Positions 63,185 to 64,000 of a stretch of 64,000 nucleotides of DNA are shown piece after piece. Origin of the DNA: an uncultured delta proteobacterium. GTDB lineage: Bacteria; Desulfobacterota; Binatia; UBA9968. The position numbers and the translations under genes were made by a program. Where the stretch lies: positions 1 to 64,000 of the forward strand of contig CAVWLW010000006.1 in NCBI GenBank assembly GCA_963755715.1, given 5' to 3'. The notes beneath the pieces are model-generated. The model did no database searches. It was not told the origin of the DNA and saw nothing but the letters and a program-made list of their open reading frames with translations. Every line of letters starts with the position of its first letter. The stretch's first letter is position 1.

Positions 63185-64000
63185 TTACTCTTTCGAGTAC
63201 AAGGCGAGTTTAGCGTTCAATGTTTTGGGGGTGATGCCGAGCAACTGGGCCGCCTGAGTCTTGTTTCCGCCGGTAGCGCCGAGCGCGCGTTCGATGGCTT
63301 GACGTTCGGCTTCGGCCAGAGACATGGGCGCAAGATCGGACGGCTCATCGACGACGTTTGTCAGACAATACTGCTGAAAATCTTTTGCCGTGAGATCGGG
63401 GCCGGGGGCGAGCACGGTGAGGCGTTCCATGGCGTTGCGCAACTCGCGAACGTTGCCCGGCCAGCTGTGCGCTTGCAGTGCTGCGGCCAAGTCACCCCCC
63501 CAGGGCGAGACCGTACGTTGATACTTCGCCGCAAAAGTCTCGAGAAAGTAGCCGGCCAGCAGTGTGATGTCTTCGCCGCGTTCACGCAGCGGCGGCAACT
63601 CCAGGTGAAAAACATTCAATCGATAAAAAAGATCCTGGCGTAGCTTGCCCTCTTTAACCGCGCTCGCCGGTTGGCGGTTGGTGGCGGCGACGACCCGAAC
63701 CGATACGGGCAAACTCTTATTGCCGCCGATGCGGCGGATTTGCCCTTCTTCAAGCACGCGCAGAAACTTGGGTTGGATCTCCAGTGCCATCTCGGTAATT
63801 TCGTCTAGCAAAAGCGTGCCGCCGTCGGCTTGTTCAAAGCAACCCAGGTGGCGGTCGACGGCGCTGGTGAACGCGCCTTTTTCATGGCCAAAGAGCTCGC
63901 TCTCCATCAACGTCGGTGAAATCGCCGCACAGTTGAGCGCAAGAAAATTGCCCTCGCGCCGCGCCGAGAGATCGTGCAGCGTCTGCGCCACCAGTTCTTT
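63185..64000 (-). CDS. sigma54-dependent transcriptional activator (bEBP, Fis HTH); 5' end outside the window
   Basis: [57 protein letters not shown]. Confidence 0.95.
   Translation of the reverse strand, partial: KELVAQTLHDLSARREGNFLALNCAAISPTLMESELFGHEKGAFTSAVDRHLGCFEQADGGTLLLDEITEMALEIQPKFLRVLEEGQIRRIGGNKSLPVSVRVVAATNRQPASAVKEGKLRQDLFYRLNVFHLELPPLRERGEDITLLAGYFLETFAAKYQRTVSPWGGDLAAALQAHSWPGNVRELRNAMERLTVLAPGPDLTAKDFQQYCLTNVVDEPSDLAPMSLAEAERQAIERALGATGGNKTQAAQLLGITPKTLNAKLALYSKE

Overview
A GC-rich bacterial chromosome segment, probably from a long-read assembly: single-base indels split many genes, including housekeeping mnmG and glnA. The repeated NMT1/THI5-type binding proteins, amidohydrolases, UbiD decarboxylases, cupins and sigma54 promoters suggest a Candidatus Binatia-like (Deltaproteobacteria sensu lato) organism; this is inference only. 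Core genes are mnmE-mnmG-parA-parB (two perfect parS sites, no rsmG), ispH, amtB-glnA-PII with an NtrC/sigma54 promoter, and ileS-lspA. Between them lie many orphan catabolic modules. The strongest candidates for undescribed systems are: (1) a sigma54-driven three-gene envelope operon (55.6-59.4 kb) encoding an ExeA-like ATPase-LysM-SPOR protein, an output-less membrane sensor with an ExeB/CapB-type N-terminal peptide, and a solute-binding protein-LysM fusion; (2) a lower-GC, ~1100-aa restriction-endonuclease-like/helical-repeat gene (3.07-6.38 kb) flanked by recombination-site-like sequences, a candidate single-gene defence system; (3) an acetoin-dehydrogenase-like E1a/E1b/E2 operon containing an atypical M24 hydrolase and an ABC importer; (4) an EutA-like reactivase next to a bicupin. 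No rRNA, intact tRNA or CRISPR array was seen. All family calls come from motif recognition by eye; no searches were run.
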